A stretch of 57,255 nucleotides of DNA from a virus (IMGVR_UViG_3300042294_005616:1-57255); one strand, 5' to 3'; positions 1 to 9,367 are shown, numbered from the stretch's first letter. The notes: generated by a model not told the origin, from the letters alone. Numbers and translations: made by a program.

Positions 1-72
1 AAAAAAGCACTTGAGACTGCTTCTAGCAGAATCGTTAGTCGAATGATCACCAAAGGTATATTTACACATTGA
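1..72 (+). CDS. 3' end of a gene truncated by the window edge (possibly CsgG-like)
   Basis: Frame 1 reads KKALETASSRIVSRMITKGIFTH*; its KKAL helix resembles the C-terminus of 2640..3092 (ALKKAIHEAV). Confidence 0.45.
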   Translation, partial: KKALETASSRIVSRMITKGIFTH

Positions 73-1601
73 AACTTAATATAGTAATATCGCTTTTTTT
101 TGTATTTTTTGTAGGATTCTTTGGATACACTCAAACCTATAATTATACTTACACCGACCCTTGTACAGGTAATCTTAAAACTATAGTAGTCCCAATAAAC
201 GGAGAAATAACGGTTGGGTATTACGGTTTCACTGAAACATTTAGTTATAATGATTTCACCAGTGGTACATTTGAAACATGGGCAAGTGGGATTTTTGCAC
301 AATATGATGGAAATTCACCTTGTTCTGAAATTGTTGGGATTGGATCAGTAGTAACAGTAACACAAAATACTACATTTACTGTACTAGGTATTTTAAATTC
401 ATTAACAACAATATCAAGTATAGCAAGTAGTGGAACCTCAAACATTTTAGGAGGTTCAATCAACTCTCTCTCAACATCTTCAGGAGGGGGTGAAAATAAT
501 AATAATGAAGATAAAAACAATAACAATGGAAATAACAATGTCAATTCTAATCCTGTCAATCCTAGTGGGAATAGCAGTAATGTCGGTAGTAGCGGTGTTC
601 AAAACCCAACCACAGAAACAACAAGCCAAGAAGGAACAGAAACAGGCGGTAGCCAAACTAGTGGATCAACTGAAGAAAGCAGCAGTGCCAGTACTTCCGT
701 ACCCACTGGAGAAGGAAGCGGAGGAGAAACACCAACAACATCTGGAAGTGAAGGAACTAGTGGAGAAGGCAATGGCTCACAACAGCAAGGTTCTGAAGGT
801 CAAGAAACAACCCCAAACGGAGGTGTGGGTAGCGGAAACGAAGGAAACCAAACCCAAGAAAACCCGCAAACCACGTCAGAAGAAGGCGAAGGGAAAACAA
901 ATATAACAGCTGGAGCTACAACTACTACCAAAAACGCTCCTGGCAAATCAGAAGGCGGAAAACCAAGTGTTGTAGCTTCAAGTGACTTTGTTGGATTTAA
1001 CTTTAGAAATTCTGAAGTTAACTATGGAGCTAAAGCAACTGGTGGTTATACAGCATTAAGATGGGATGGCCAACGTAGTTGGGGTGCATTAGTAGATTAT
1101 ACCTCAGCTCTTAAAGGACCAAATATAACAGGTTTTTATGCTTGGGTTAAACCAAGATCAATCACTCTACTTTCAGGAACAGCAACTATAGGATTTGATG
1201 GAAATAAATCCTTGTATGGTACCATAGCAGGTGGGCAAATGCTTACATTTCCTAAAGTCCCAAAACTTAAAGTAGTTTATATGGGAACTGTTTCTTATGG
1301 TCATATTTTTAGAGAACAATTTATTGGAACCGCAGTAATTGCTGGAGCAATGTATGATTTAAAAGTAGGTAAACGAATAGATATTAAATTAATGAATTTA
1401 TTTGTTTATGCTCCTTATGTTTCATACTACAATGATATAGTTTTAGCTTCACCCTATGTGATGCTTCCTAGTATTGGTACAAACATAGGTATAACCAAAC
1501 GGTTCAAATTTAATATAAACGGAGGTGGTGCATGGGATTTAAAAACAGCAGCATTAAATTATACAGTAACATGTGGTACAAGATTGTTAATTGGGCAATA
1601 A
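69..1601 (+). CDS. Secreted/outer-membrane protein with a long G/S/N/E/T-rich linker and a beta-strand-rich C-terminal domain
   Basis: TTG start, hydrophobic signal peptide ending GYT-Q, low-complexity middle region, C-terminus with alternating aromatic/Gly strands. Confidence 0.6.
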   Translation: MKLNIVISLFFVFFVGFFGYTQTYNYTYTDPCTGNLKTIVVPINGEITVGYYGFTETFSYNDFTSGTFETWASGIFAQYDGNSPCSEIVGIGSVVTVTQNTTFTVLGILNSLTTISSIASSGTSNILGGSINSLSTSSGGGENNNNEDKNNNNGNNNVNSNPVNPSGNSSNVGSSGVQNPTTETTSQEGTETGGSQTSGSTEESSSASTSVPTGEGSGGETPTTSGSEGTSGEGNGSQQQGSEGQETTPNGGVGSGNEGNQTQENPQTTSEEGEGKTNITAGATTTTKNAPGKSEGGKPSVVASSDFVGFNFRNSEVNYGAKATGGYTALRWDGQRSWGALVDYTSALKGPNITGFYAWVKPRSITLLSGTATIGFDGNKSLYGTIAGGQMLTFPKVPKLKVVYMGTVSYGHIFREQFIGTAVIAGAMYDLKVGKRIDIKLMNLFVYAPYVSYYNDIVLASPYVMLPSIGTNIGITKRFKFNINGGGAWDLKTAALNYTVTCGTRLLIGQ

Positions 1602-2650
1602 TATTTTTTGCTACTATTACAGTTTATTCACAATCCCCATTGTGTACTAGCTATCCGACATCATTTTGTTGTGAATATGTGGCTAGTGTTACTATAAATG
1701 GAATGACATTTAATGGAAGTACTGGTTTTGCTGCTACATCTGGTGGTACTGGTCCAAACGGATATTATGATTATACAAATCAATTGATTCCAACTATTAA
1801 CGCTGGTGATCAAATTACTATATCATATACTGCTAAAACTAATAGCAACTATATGGAATATTTTAAGTTATGGTTTGACTTTAATGGTAATGGTGTTTTA
1901 AGTGATGCTGGTGAATTAGTTCATCAATATAATTTTTCATGGAATGGAACACACACTAAAACAGCTACATTTACTGTACCTACTACTGTATTTAACGGAC
2001 AGGTTTACTTGCGTTTTATGATGGTATATGCTAATGTTCCTGCACTTTGTGGGACATATGCCTATGGTAATACATTTGATTTTAAAACTACAATCACCGG
2101 AGCAGTTAGCCCATACAACCATTCAGGATTTATTTATGGTTCTGAAGGAACAGGCATAGCAAATGTACCTGTTAAGTTATTTAAAAAATTAACAAGTGAA
2201 ACAACATATACTTTACATGGTACTTATAATACTAATGCAAACGGGCAATATTCAATTGTAACTAATTTAAATGCCCCCCTATATAATTTTCAAATTGTAG
2301 TAGATGCTTTAACAGTAGCTAATCCTGTAGTGTCTGATGCTCAATTTTTTAATCAAAAAGTACTTAACCAAAATTTTGGGTCAAAAGATTACTATAGAAT
2401 GGATATAAATCAAAATGGTATTTTAAGTATAACAGATGTTTATTTAGATTATATTAAAATATTAAATTTAGGATTCCCCTCAGGCACTCCTATTTATAGA
2501 ATATTTACCTCACCTCAATGGTCTACAATTAATTCCTCTACTAGTAACTTAACTTCATCTTTACCAGGTGTACAATCTTTAACAATAGATAACCCTACAA
2601 ATAGTGGTACAACTAATTTATATTTAATAAGAACAGGCTATGCAAATTAA
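1571..2650 (+). CDS. Secreted protein with a GEVED-like domain and a dockerin-like Ca-binding motif
   Basis: Signal peptide ..VYS-Q; YYDYT..WFDFNGNG..DAGELV..FTVP..RF..CG.Y.YG (GEVED pattern); DINQNGILSITD (dockerin/EF-hand-like). Likely start ATG 1571 (ORF opens at 1532). Confidence 0.6.
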   Translation: MWYKIVNWAIIFFATITVYSQSPLCTSYPTSFCCEYVASVTINGMTFNGSTGFAATSGGTGPNGYYDYTNQLIPTINAGDQITISYTAKTNSNYMEYFKLWFDFNGNGVLSDAGELVHQYNFSWNGTHTKTATFTVPTTVFNGQVYLRFMMVYANVPALCGTYAYGNTFDFKTTITGAVSPYNHSGFIYGSEGTGIANVPVKLFKKLTSETTYTLHGTYNTNANGQYSIVTNLNAPLYNFQIVVDALTVANPVVSDAQFFNQKVLNQNFGSKDYYRMDINQNGILSITDVYLDYIKILNLGFPSGTPIYRIFTSPQWSTINSSTSNLTSSLPGVQSLTIDNPTNSGTTNLYLIRTGYAN

Positions 2651-3092
2651 AATATTTTTAACCTCTTTATTATTTCCGATTTTTACATTTGCTCAAAATT
2701 GTGTTTATGTAGATTCTGTTTACAACACAGCTAAATTGCGTGAACTTGGAACTCGAGATATTCGATTTGGAGTAAAACAAATTGTAGAAGATGAATTATC
2801 TGAAAAATATTGTATGCTAGAAACTGGAGACCCAGTTAAAGTAGAAATATTTTACTTTGGTATTCCAAAATATACAATTCGAATTGTTGGAGTTGAAAAA
2901 ACAAACCAAATTACCCAAGTTGGAGTTCGTATCTATTATAAAGGAAAATGTTATGAAGGTATAGGTGAATCTGAAACTGAAGTTAGAGCAGTAATGATTG
3001 AACTAGTAGACAATAAAGTACCCTTCTCTAAAATGACAGTATCCTCAGCACTTAAAAAAGCAATACATGAAGCAGTTATTATTATGCCTTAG
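2640..3092 (+). CDS. Secreted protein, possibly CsgG-like fold
   Basis: Signal peptide ..TFA-Q; GVKQIVEDEL, G.GES and ALKKAI segments; overlaps both neighbours. Confidence 0.5.
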   Translation: MQIKIFLTSLLFPIFTFAQNCVYVDSVYNTAKLRELGTRDIRFGVKQIVEDELSEKYCMLETGDPVKVEIFYFGIPKYTIRIVGVEKTNQITQVGVRIYYKGKCYEGIGESETEVRAVMIELVDNKVPFSKMTVSSALKKAIHEAVIIMP

Positions 3093-3519
3093 TTTATTTT
3101 TATCGTTTAATATGTTTAGTCAACTTCGAGTTGATGATGTTGGTGATGGTTGGAAACAAACCGTTGAACAAGCGATAGACTTAATAAAACAATACGATAC
3201 AGTACGTTATAATCTACTATTTGAAGTTTGTGATCAAATTAGTTATTCAACTGCCCCATTTTCAACTACTGAAATGGGAAATGTGATATTGATTTCCCAA
3301 AACGATATTAAAGCAAAGAACATAAACAATATAGCAGCAGTACTAGTTCATGAATCTTTACATTTATACTTCCAGAGACATGGATATAAAATGACCGAAC
3401 ACCAAGAAGAATTTCGATGTTATGTTACGGAAATGCAGTTTTTACTTTTGTTACCAAATGTTGAACCTTGGTTAATAGAGCATGCTCAAGGTCAAATTGA
3501 ATTTTATTCAAAGCCTTAA
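3067..3519 (+). CDS. Secreted putative zinc metallopeptidase
   Basis: Signal peptide ..MFS-Q; HESLH (HExxH) followed by EE..Y. Confidence 0.6.
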   Translation: MKQLLLCLSLFLSFNMFSQLRVDDVGDGWKQTVEQAIDLIKQYDTVRYNLLFEVCDQISYSTAPFSTTEMGNVILISQNDIKAKNINNIAAVLVHESLHLYFQRHGYKMTEHQEEFRCYVTEMQFLLLLPNVEPWLIEHAQGQIEFYSKP

Positions 3520-3527
3520 TATTTATA
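3517..3527 (+). promoter_or_regulatory. Putative late promoter TAATATTTATA
   Basis: Same motif recurs at 6087, 22833, 26621 and 51110, mostly before lysis/structural-type genes. Confidence 0.55.
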
Positions 3528-3542
3528 ATAAAAGAAAACATT

Positions 3543-3794
3543 ATGAAAAAAGCACTTAATTGGGTAGCAGGTCTATTCCGTGATGAAAAAGGTAATCCTT
3601 CATCAAAACGATTTGTAGGTATCATTGCCGGTTTAACACTATGTATTACTATGTATGTAAATAGCTATACTCATGGTGATATTAAACCATCTGATACTTT
3701 AGTAAATGCTGTAGCTATGTTAGCATTTGGTTGTTTAGGACTAGCTTCAGTAGACAAAATCTGGGGTAAAAAAGAAGAAAAAACAGAAGAATAA
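3543..3794 (+). CDS. Putative holin (two TM helices)
   Basis: 83 aa, G.PSSKR motif, two hydrophobic segments, charged tail, abuts the endolysin. Confidence 0.6.
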   Translation: MKKALNWVAGLFRDEKGNPSSKRFVGIIAGLTLCITMYVNSYTHGDIKPSDTLVNAVAMLAFGCLGLASVDKIWGKKEEKTEE

Positions 3795-4405
3795 TGAGTT
3801 TAAAAAGTTTACAAGAAAGAGCAGGAGTAGCCGCAGATGGTGCTTTTGGTCCTGGTACAATGAAAGCCGGAATGGCGTTATTGAAATTGTCCCCAATTCG
3901 TGCAGCACATTTCTTTGCACAAACATCACATGAAACAGGTGGTTTTAAAGCATTTAGTGAAAACCTAAATTACTCAGCACAAGGTTTGCAAGGTATCTTT
4001 GGAAAATATTTTCCTGGTACATTAGAAGAATCTTATGCACGTCAACCTGAAAAAATTGCTAACCGTGTCTATGCAGATAGAATGGGTAACGGAAATGAAG
4101 CTTCTGGTGATGGATGGAAATTTAGAGGTCGTGGTGCATTACAATTAACTGGTAAGTCAAATTACGAAGCGTTTGCAAAGTATTTAGGTAATAACGAAGT
4201 AATGGAAAATCCTGATTTAGTAGCTACAAAATATTCTTTTGAATCAGCAATGTTCTTCTTTGAAAGAAATAAATTGTGGGCTATTTGTGACCAAGGTATT
4301 AACGATGCTGCTATTTTAGCTTTGACTAAAAGAATCAACGGTGGTACTCATGGTTTAGAAGACCGTAAAGCAAAAACATACAAATATTACGAATACGTGA
4401 AATAA
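3794..4405 (+). CDS. GH19 chitinase-like endolysin with short N-terminal peptidoglycan-binding motif
   Basis: ADGAFGPGT; HFFAQTSHETGG, ENLNYS, GDGWKFRGRGALQLTG, TKRINGG.HGLEDR. Confidence 0.9.
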   Translation: MSLKSLQERAGVAADGAFGPGTMKAGMALLKLSPIRAAHFFAQTSHETGGFKAFSENLNYSAQGLQGIFGKYFPGTLEESYARQPEKIANRVYADRMGNGNEASGDGWKFRGRGALQLTGKSNYEAFAKYLGNNEVMENPDLVATKYSFESAMFFFERNKLWAICDQGINDAAILALTKRINGGTHGLEDRKAKTYKYYEYVK

Positions 4406-4995
4406 TGGCATATACAAGAGAACAAATTGAAACAGCTGTAAAAGCTAAAGGATACGCTTGGTTTGAAGGCGCAAAGGATTTTGATGTAAATATTGTTGGA
4501 GTTAGAAACTCTGCAACTGGTCAAGTAGTTACTAATGTTTTTGATGATACAATGACTGTATCTTATAAAGAAGGTGGAGAATGGAAATTCCATCAATGGC
4601 CTTGTACTACAGACCCAGGTAAAAAAGGTGTTAAAGAATACCATAACGCAGCAGGTGTTGCTCGTTTAGTTGAAGGTCAATACAGAGGTTCACATACCCT
4701 AGGCCTACATCAAGGAAAGTATGAAGCATTAAAACAAGCAAAAAACGTTAAAGTTTATCGTGATGCAAATCGTGATATGACTTACGATGAGACTAAAATT
4801 GCTGAAGGTGTATTTGGTATCAACATTCATAAAGCAGGTGTGGATTCTACTTATGTAGAAAACTGGTCTGAGGGATGTCAAGTATTTAAAAAAGCAACTG
4901 ATTTTGAAGCATTTATGGTTATTGCTCGTAAAGCAGCAGCTATTCATGGAAAATCATTTACTTATACACTTATTGAATCAGCAGATATTAAGTAA
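4405..4995 (+). CDS. Phage protein with a YkuD/L,D-transpeptidase-like catalytic motif
   Basis: GINIH..NWSEGCQV resembles the H-x(n)-S-x-G-C motif; coupled to the endolysin. Confidence 0.55.
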   Translation: MAYTREQIETAVKAKGYAWFEGAKDFDVNIVGVRNSATGQVVTNVFDDTMTVSYKEGGEWKFHQWPCTTDPGKKGVKEYHNAAGVARLVEGQYRGSHTLGLHQGKYEALKQAKNVKVYRDANRDMTYDETKIAEGVFGINIHKAGVDSTYVENWSEGCQVFKKATDFEAFMVIARKAAAIHGKSFTYTLIESADIK

Positions 4996-5017
4996 TTAAA
5001 TTTTTTTAAAAAACCTT

Positions 5018-5037
5018 GGAGCCCCATTAGGGGCTCC
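5018..5037 (+). terminator. Hairpin GGAGCCCC-atta-GGGGCTCC overlapping a promoter (TTG 5016, TATATT 5039)
   Basis: Perfect 8-bp inverted repeat after the lysis genes. Confidence 0.55.
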
Positions 5038-5051
5038 TTATATTTCCAACC

Positions 5052-6089
5052 ATGCAAAATAAATATTTACCTTGGTTTTTGCTGTTTTGTGCACTAGGTT
5101 TGTCAACAACAGCAGCTTATTATAGTGTTATCGGTTTATCTGTGGTATTTACCGGAGTAGCTATACCTGTTATTGTAATGGGGTCATTTTTAGAAGTATC
5201 TAAAATTGCAATTGCAACTTATTTACACAACACTTGGAAAAAAACATATGCTCTTTTAAAAGTATATTTAACTATAGCACTAGTAGTGTTATCGGTTATT
5301 ACTTCTATTGGAATCTATGGTTTGTTAAGTACAGGATTTCAAGAAAATATTGCTAAACTTGAAATTGGAACCAAACAAATCCAAAATATAGAAGTTAAAA
5401 AACAGAGATTTGAGGAAATCAAACTCGAATTATCCAAAGAAAAAACAACCCTAGACAAAGACATCTCCCAGTTACGTAATGCTCTATCTACAAACACAAC
5501 TACTCAATCAGTAGATGCTAGAACTGGGCAAGTAGTTACAAGAGCAAACAATGCTAATCGTAAATCATTTGAAACACAACTAGCAAGTGCACAAACAAAT
5601 AGAGATAAACTATCTACTAAAATAGATGCTTTAAACGATTCAATTACTCGTTTAGATATTCAAATTTTGGATATGGAATCTAAAGCAAGTGAAGGAAATG
5701 AACTAGGTGCTGTACAATATGTAAGTGAAATTACGGGAGCTGATATTAAAACTGTTGCAAATTGGTTCATATTTATGTTGATTTTTGTGTTTGATCCACT
5801 AGCCATTACCCTTGTTATTGCTACAAATCAAGCGTTTGAACAACGTAAACCCAAATTAAACATTTATGGTGAACCTAAACCAAGTGAACCCATCCAACCT
5901 GACCCTAACCCAGACCATACTCCAGTTGCCCCAGTAGTTAATATCCCATTTCAAAAAGAAAAAGAACGCATTCAAAATGAAATTCAAAAAATCCAAAATT
6001 CAGGAGTATCAGGAAGAAAAGCTGGGGTTGCTATTCAAGAACTAAAGAATAAACTAAAGGCATTAGACGAAAATAATAAGACGTACTAA
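5052..6089 (+). CDS. Membrane protein with a long coiled coil
   Basis: Three N-terminal TM segments, heptad-rich middle, IFVFDPLAI TM segment. Confidence 0.65.
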   Translation: MQNKYLPWFLLFCALGLSTTAAYYSVIGLSVVFTGVAIPVIVMGSFLEVSKIAIATYLHNTWKKTYALLKVYLTIALVVLSVITSIGIYGLLSTGFQENIAKLEIGTKQIQNIEVKKQRFEEIKLELSKEKTTLDKDISQLRNALSTNTTTQSVDARTGQVVTRANNANRKSFETQLASAQTNRDKLSTKIDALNDSITRLDIQILDMESKASEGNELGAVQYVSEITGADIKTVANWFIFMLIFVFDPLAITLVIATNQAFEQRKPKLNIYGEPKPSEPIQPDPNPDHTPVAPVVNIPFQKEKERIQNEIQKIQNSGVSGRKAGVAIQELKNKLKALDENNKTY

Positions 6090-6104
6090 TATTTATAGTA
6101 CGAC

Positions 6105-7145
6105 ATGGAAAATCTTCAAACAAAAAAACAAGTAGCCTGGGTAAAAAATATAAACCCAAGTACTGGAGTTGAGTTTTATACTCCTTTAGAAGGATCAACT
6201 ACTTTATTGAATACAACCGTTGGTTTAGCAATTACTGCATCCTATGCTTTAAACGCTGGTGGTGCTGTTAGTACTGGATCTTTTTTAACAACTGCTTCAT
6301 TTGCTAATCCTCGCATTACATTTACAAAAGGAGATGGAACTGATTTTTTTCTAAGTTTAGATACATTAGTTGCTAATAGTGCTTCTTATGCTACAACTGC
6401 TTCATATGTTAATCCCCTTAACCAAGCAGTAACAATTGGTAACATTACTAGTACTCCATCTACAGAAAATACATTAAATATATACCCTTCCCCTGCTGGA
6501 GGTACAGGTGAAGGAGGTCAAATATTATTAGCAGCATCTGGTGGATTATACACATCAGCATCCATGCTAGATACATGGCAAGACCAATTTAGAATTTTAC
6601 GAGGTAGTAATACCGGAGGAAGTAATGCAGGTTTAGTATATGTTAATTTACAAACCGGAAATACTCAATTTGTAGGAGCTGTAACAGCAAGTGCATATAG
6701 TGGATTACCAAATGCGTGGTTACTTGCAGCACGTAGTGGTAATCAAACTATTGGAAGTGGAACATGGGCTGATAGAGATATTATATTTAATCAATATTCA
6801 AGTAATAATTTTACATATAATTCATCAACTGGTATTGCAACTTTAAATGCTGGTAAAACTTATAGAATTACCGCAAGGTTAGCATGGTCTGCTGCCGGAA
6901 TATATACTCTTAAATTCCGTTTATATAACCAAACTACTAGTACATTTACAGGACCTACTGTTGAGTTAATACAATCACCAAATGGTACATTTAATGTAAG
7001 TGATAATACATTAGAAACTATATTTGCTGTTGGTGCATCTAATGTTGATATATCCATAAGAACCACCTCAGACACAAACGCATTATCAGGAGAATTCATT
7101 AGATCAGATTTAAATACTCAGCTAATTATTCAACAAATAGCTTAA
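6105..7145 (+). CDS. Putative virion structural/tail-fibre protein
   Basis: T/S/G-rich with TASYA/SASYA/TGSF repeats; beta-rich C-terminal domain; late-type motif at 6087. Confidence 0.55.
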   Translation: MENLQTKKQVAWVKNINPSTGVEFYTPLEGSTTLLNTTVGLAITASYALNAGGAVSTGSFLTTASFANPRITFTKGDGTDFFLSLDTLVANSASYATTASYVNPLNQAVTIGNITSTPSTENTLNIYPSPAGGTGEGGQILLAASGGLYTSASMLDTWQDQFRILRGSNTGGSNAGLVYVNLQTGNTQFVGAVTASAYSGLPNAWLLAARSGNQTIGSGTWADRDIIFNQYSSNNFTYNSSTGIATLNAGKTYRITARLAWSAAGIYTLKFRLYNQTTSTFTGPTVELIQSPNGTFNVSDNTLETIFAVGASNVDISIRTTSDTNALSGEFIRSDLNTQLIIQQIA

Positions 7146-7151
7146 AAATAC

Positions 7152-7180
7152 TTGTCTTCTCGCTAATTTTTTCGTATATT
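7152..7180 (+). promoter_or_regulatory. Early/host-sigma promoter TTG-N20-TATATT (TTCGTATATT)
   Basis: Recurrent motif with fixed spacing; resembles the Bacteroidota -33 TTG / -7 TAnnTTTG consensus. Confidence 0.65.
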
Positions 7181-7197
7181 TCTATAAATTCAAGGAA

Positions 7198-7785
7198 ATG
7201 TACGCATTTATCAAAGAAAGTAGTATTCGCCACAGTAGAGAAACAGTTATGGGCCATATCAAAAAGCTCCAACCCCTCAACTATAATCGATTCATGTGGT
7301 GGAGAACACATACTGATAAAGTTACTCCATTAGGCAAACGTGCTTTACTCAAAGACCGTATTTTAAACGGTGATTTCAATCCATCTTCATATTTTTGGCA
7401 AGCACAATTAGCACTTTATGTTGCTAAAGACAAACTTGATTTAACAAAACACGATACTCGTTTTCAAATTGAAATTGCTGGTGTTGACTTTATGCGTTAC
7501 AAAAAGTTAATGGAAGACTTTGAAAAGGAAGAAACAACTCGTATGATTGCTTTATATGATGCTTTTACAACTGAATATAAGATCACAAAAGAGGAATTAG
7601 ATGAAAGATTCCTTAAATTCAATGGTACTGTTTTAGATTTTTATAACTATGCTGAAGAATTCTTATATAGAACCCCAGCTGCTAATAGAAAAGAAAACCG
7701 TGGCCGTCCTAAAAAAGTAAAAATTGAATCTACCCCTAGAGTTTTACTCCCAAAACGAGGTAGAGGTCGCCCTAAAAAATCATAA
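7198..7785 (+). CDS. Hypothetical protein with two C-terminal AT-hook motifs
   Basis: NRGRPKK and KRGRGRPKK. Confidence 0.65.
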   Translation: MYAFIKESSIRHSRETVMGHIKKLQPLNYNRFMWWRTHTDKVTPLGKRALLKDRILNGDFNPSSYFWQAQLALYVAKDKLDLTKHDTRFQIEIAGVDFMRYKKLMEDFEKEETTRMIALYDAFTTEYKITKEELDERFLKFNGTVLDFYNYAEEFLYRTPAANRKENRGRPKKVKIESTPRVLLPKRGRGRPKKS

Positions 7786-7886
7786 TATGTGGTATAAATT
7801 AAAAAAATGGTTAGATTTGAACATTGTTTGGTTCTTTGTTCATCCTAGTAGACATGCTGCCTTAAAAAAACATTTAAAGAAAAAAT

Positions 7887-8138
7887 ATGGAAAAACAAAA
7901 TAACCGGGGTCCTTACCCACAACCAAACGAAGTTTGGCAACATTACAAAGGTGGAAAATACCAAATTGTAGCAATGTGTAATCATACAACTACTGATGAA
8001 ATACTTGTGATATACAAATCACTTTCATTTGGAGGATTCCATGCTCGTCCGTATAGTGAATGGCATGAACAAGTTGGAGAAACAAAAGCAGCAGGATTTC
8101 CAATTTACCGATTTGAAAAATTAACTTACTCAATATGA
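7887..8138 (+). CDS. DUF1653-like small protein
   Basis: WQHYKGGKY..H..T.E.LVIYKSL...ARP. Confidence 0.75.
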   Translation: MEKQNNRGPYPQPNEVWQHYKGGKYQIVAMCNHTTTDEILVIYKSLSFGGFHARPYSEWHEQVGETKAAGFPIYRFEKLTYSI

Positions 8139-8314
8139 AAATTAGATTTTATTTACACAGTACTCTGTGGAGTGATTTTATGCAAATGGCTCTTTGGCCC
8201 GCAATGTATGTAACACATAACAAAGTATCTCGCAATGTAAGAGTACTTTCTTTAAGTGCAAATATATTGTTTTGGGATTTTGGTTTTACAATTGAATGGA
8301 ACAAATATGAATAA
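8135..8314 (+). CDS. Small hypothetical protein (59 aa, below the ORF-track cutoff)
   Basis: Read manually (MKIRFYLHS..EWNKYE*); overlaps both neighbours. Confidence 0.45.
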   Translation: MKIRFYLHSTLWSDFMQMALWPAMYVTHNKVSRNVRVLSLSANILFWDFGFTIEWNKYE

Positions 8315-8930
8315 TACAGTAGAACTACTAGGCCACTATGGCGACGACTTAACTCATGCTTGTTCAGCCTGGACAAGTACATCACGTGAATTAAATGATG
8401 AAAAAATTGGACGTGTACCAAAACTACTAACTATGTTAGCAAGTGAAGGGCATCACACCCCATTTGAAAAATCTAGTTTACATTTTCTAGTAACAGTAGA
8501 CCAGGCAACACATATCCATTTACTTAAACACCGAATTGGAGTTTCAATTAATGGAGAAAGTGCTCGCTACAAAGAATTAAAAGAAGATAAAATGTATATT
8601 CCTTATGATTGGAGTAATTCATGGCACTTTAAACTTCAAAAATATGCTGAGGAAGGAAACAAGTTATACCATGAAGCACTTGAATACTTTACTCCTATTT
8701 TAGGCCGTAAACGTGCTAAAGAATCTGCTCGTTTCTTTAAAACATTTAACTCCCAGATCACAATGGATCTTATGTTTAACTGGAGAAGTTTTGCTCATTT
8801 CCAACAATTAAGAAATAGTGAACATGCTCAAGTTGAAGTAAGACAACTAGCTCAAGATATGCTTGATTTAGTTAAAAATATTGAAGGTAACCCATTTGAA
8901 CATACAATTAATGCTTTTGGTTTAAACTAA
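8307..8930 (+). CDS. thyX: Flavin-dependent thymidylate synthase ThyX
   Basis: GHHTPFE, HLLKHR..S.N.ESARY, LRNSEHAQVEVR; likely start 8307. Confidence 0.9.
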   Translation: MNNTVELLGHYGDDLTHACSAWTSTSRELNDEKIGRVPKLLTMLASEGHHTPFEKSSLHFLVTVDQATHIHLLKHRIGVSINGESARYKELKEDKMYIPYDWSNSWHFKLQKYAEEGNKLYHEALEYFTPILGRKRAKESARFFKTFNSQITMDLMFNWRSFAHFQQLRNSEHAQVEVRQLAQDMLDLVKNIEGNPFEHTINAFGLN

Positions 8931-9367
8931 TGGAAATATTAAACACTCACCCAATTAAAAAAAGCGACTTAGGTTTCCACGGCAATTTATTTGGTGGTAA
9001 ACTATTAAGTTGGATTGATGCTTCAGCTGCAGGTTATGCAATGCAGTTATGTGATACACCAAGAATGGTAACAGTATCAATTGATCAATGTAACTTTGAA
9101 CGCCCCGCTAAAGAATCTCAGTTATTAAAAATCTATGGTCGTCCACTTAAAGTAGGAAATAGTTCAATGACCTTGTATATGGAGGCAAGAGCACATAACG
9201 TTTACACAGGTAAACAGGACCTTATATTGAAAACAAATATTACATTTGTTCAAATTGATGAGGGTGGAAATGCTATACCTTTAGGTGAAAAAGCTAAAAC
9301 AAGAATTTCAAACATCTTGCAAAAAGAACTTGATTCTGATGAAAAACTTTCGTATATTAGAGTATAA
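8930..9367 (+). CDS. Hotdog-fold acyl-CoA thioesterase (YciA-like)
   Basis: DL..HGNLFGGKLLSWID, VTVSID, VGNSSM, TFVQID. Confidence 0.85.
   Translation: MEILNTHPIKKSDLGFHGNLFGGKLLSWIDASAAGYAMQLCDTPRMVTVSIDQCNFERPAKESQLLKIYGRPLKVGNSSMTLYMEARAHNVYTGKQDLILKTNITFVQIDEGGNAIPLGEKAKTRISNILQKELDSDEKLSYIRV
9330..9358 (+). promoter_or_regulatory. Early promoter TTG-N20-TATATT
   Basis: TTG at 9330, TTCGTATATT at 9349. Confidence 0.6.

Noticed and set aside
245-906. ORFs 245..559 (-) and 490..906 (+)
   Set aside because: Shadow frames of the low-complexity linker in 69..1601
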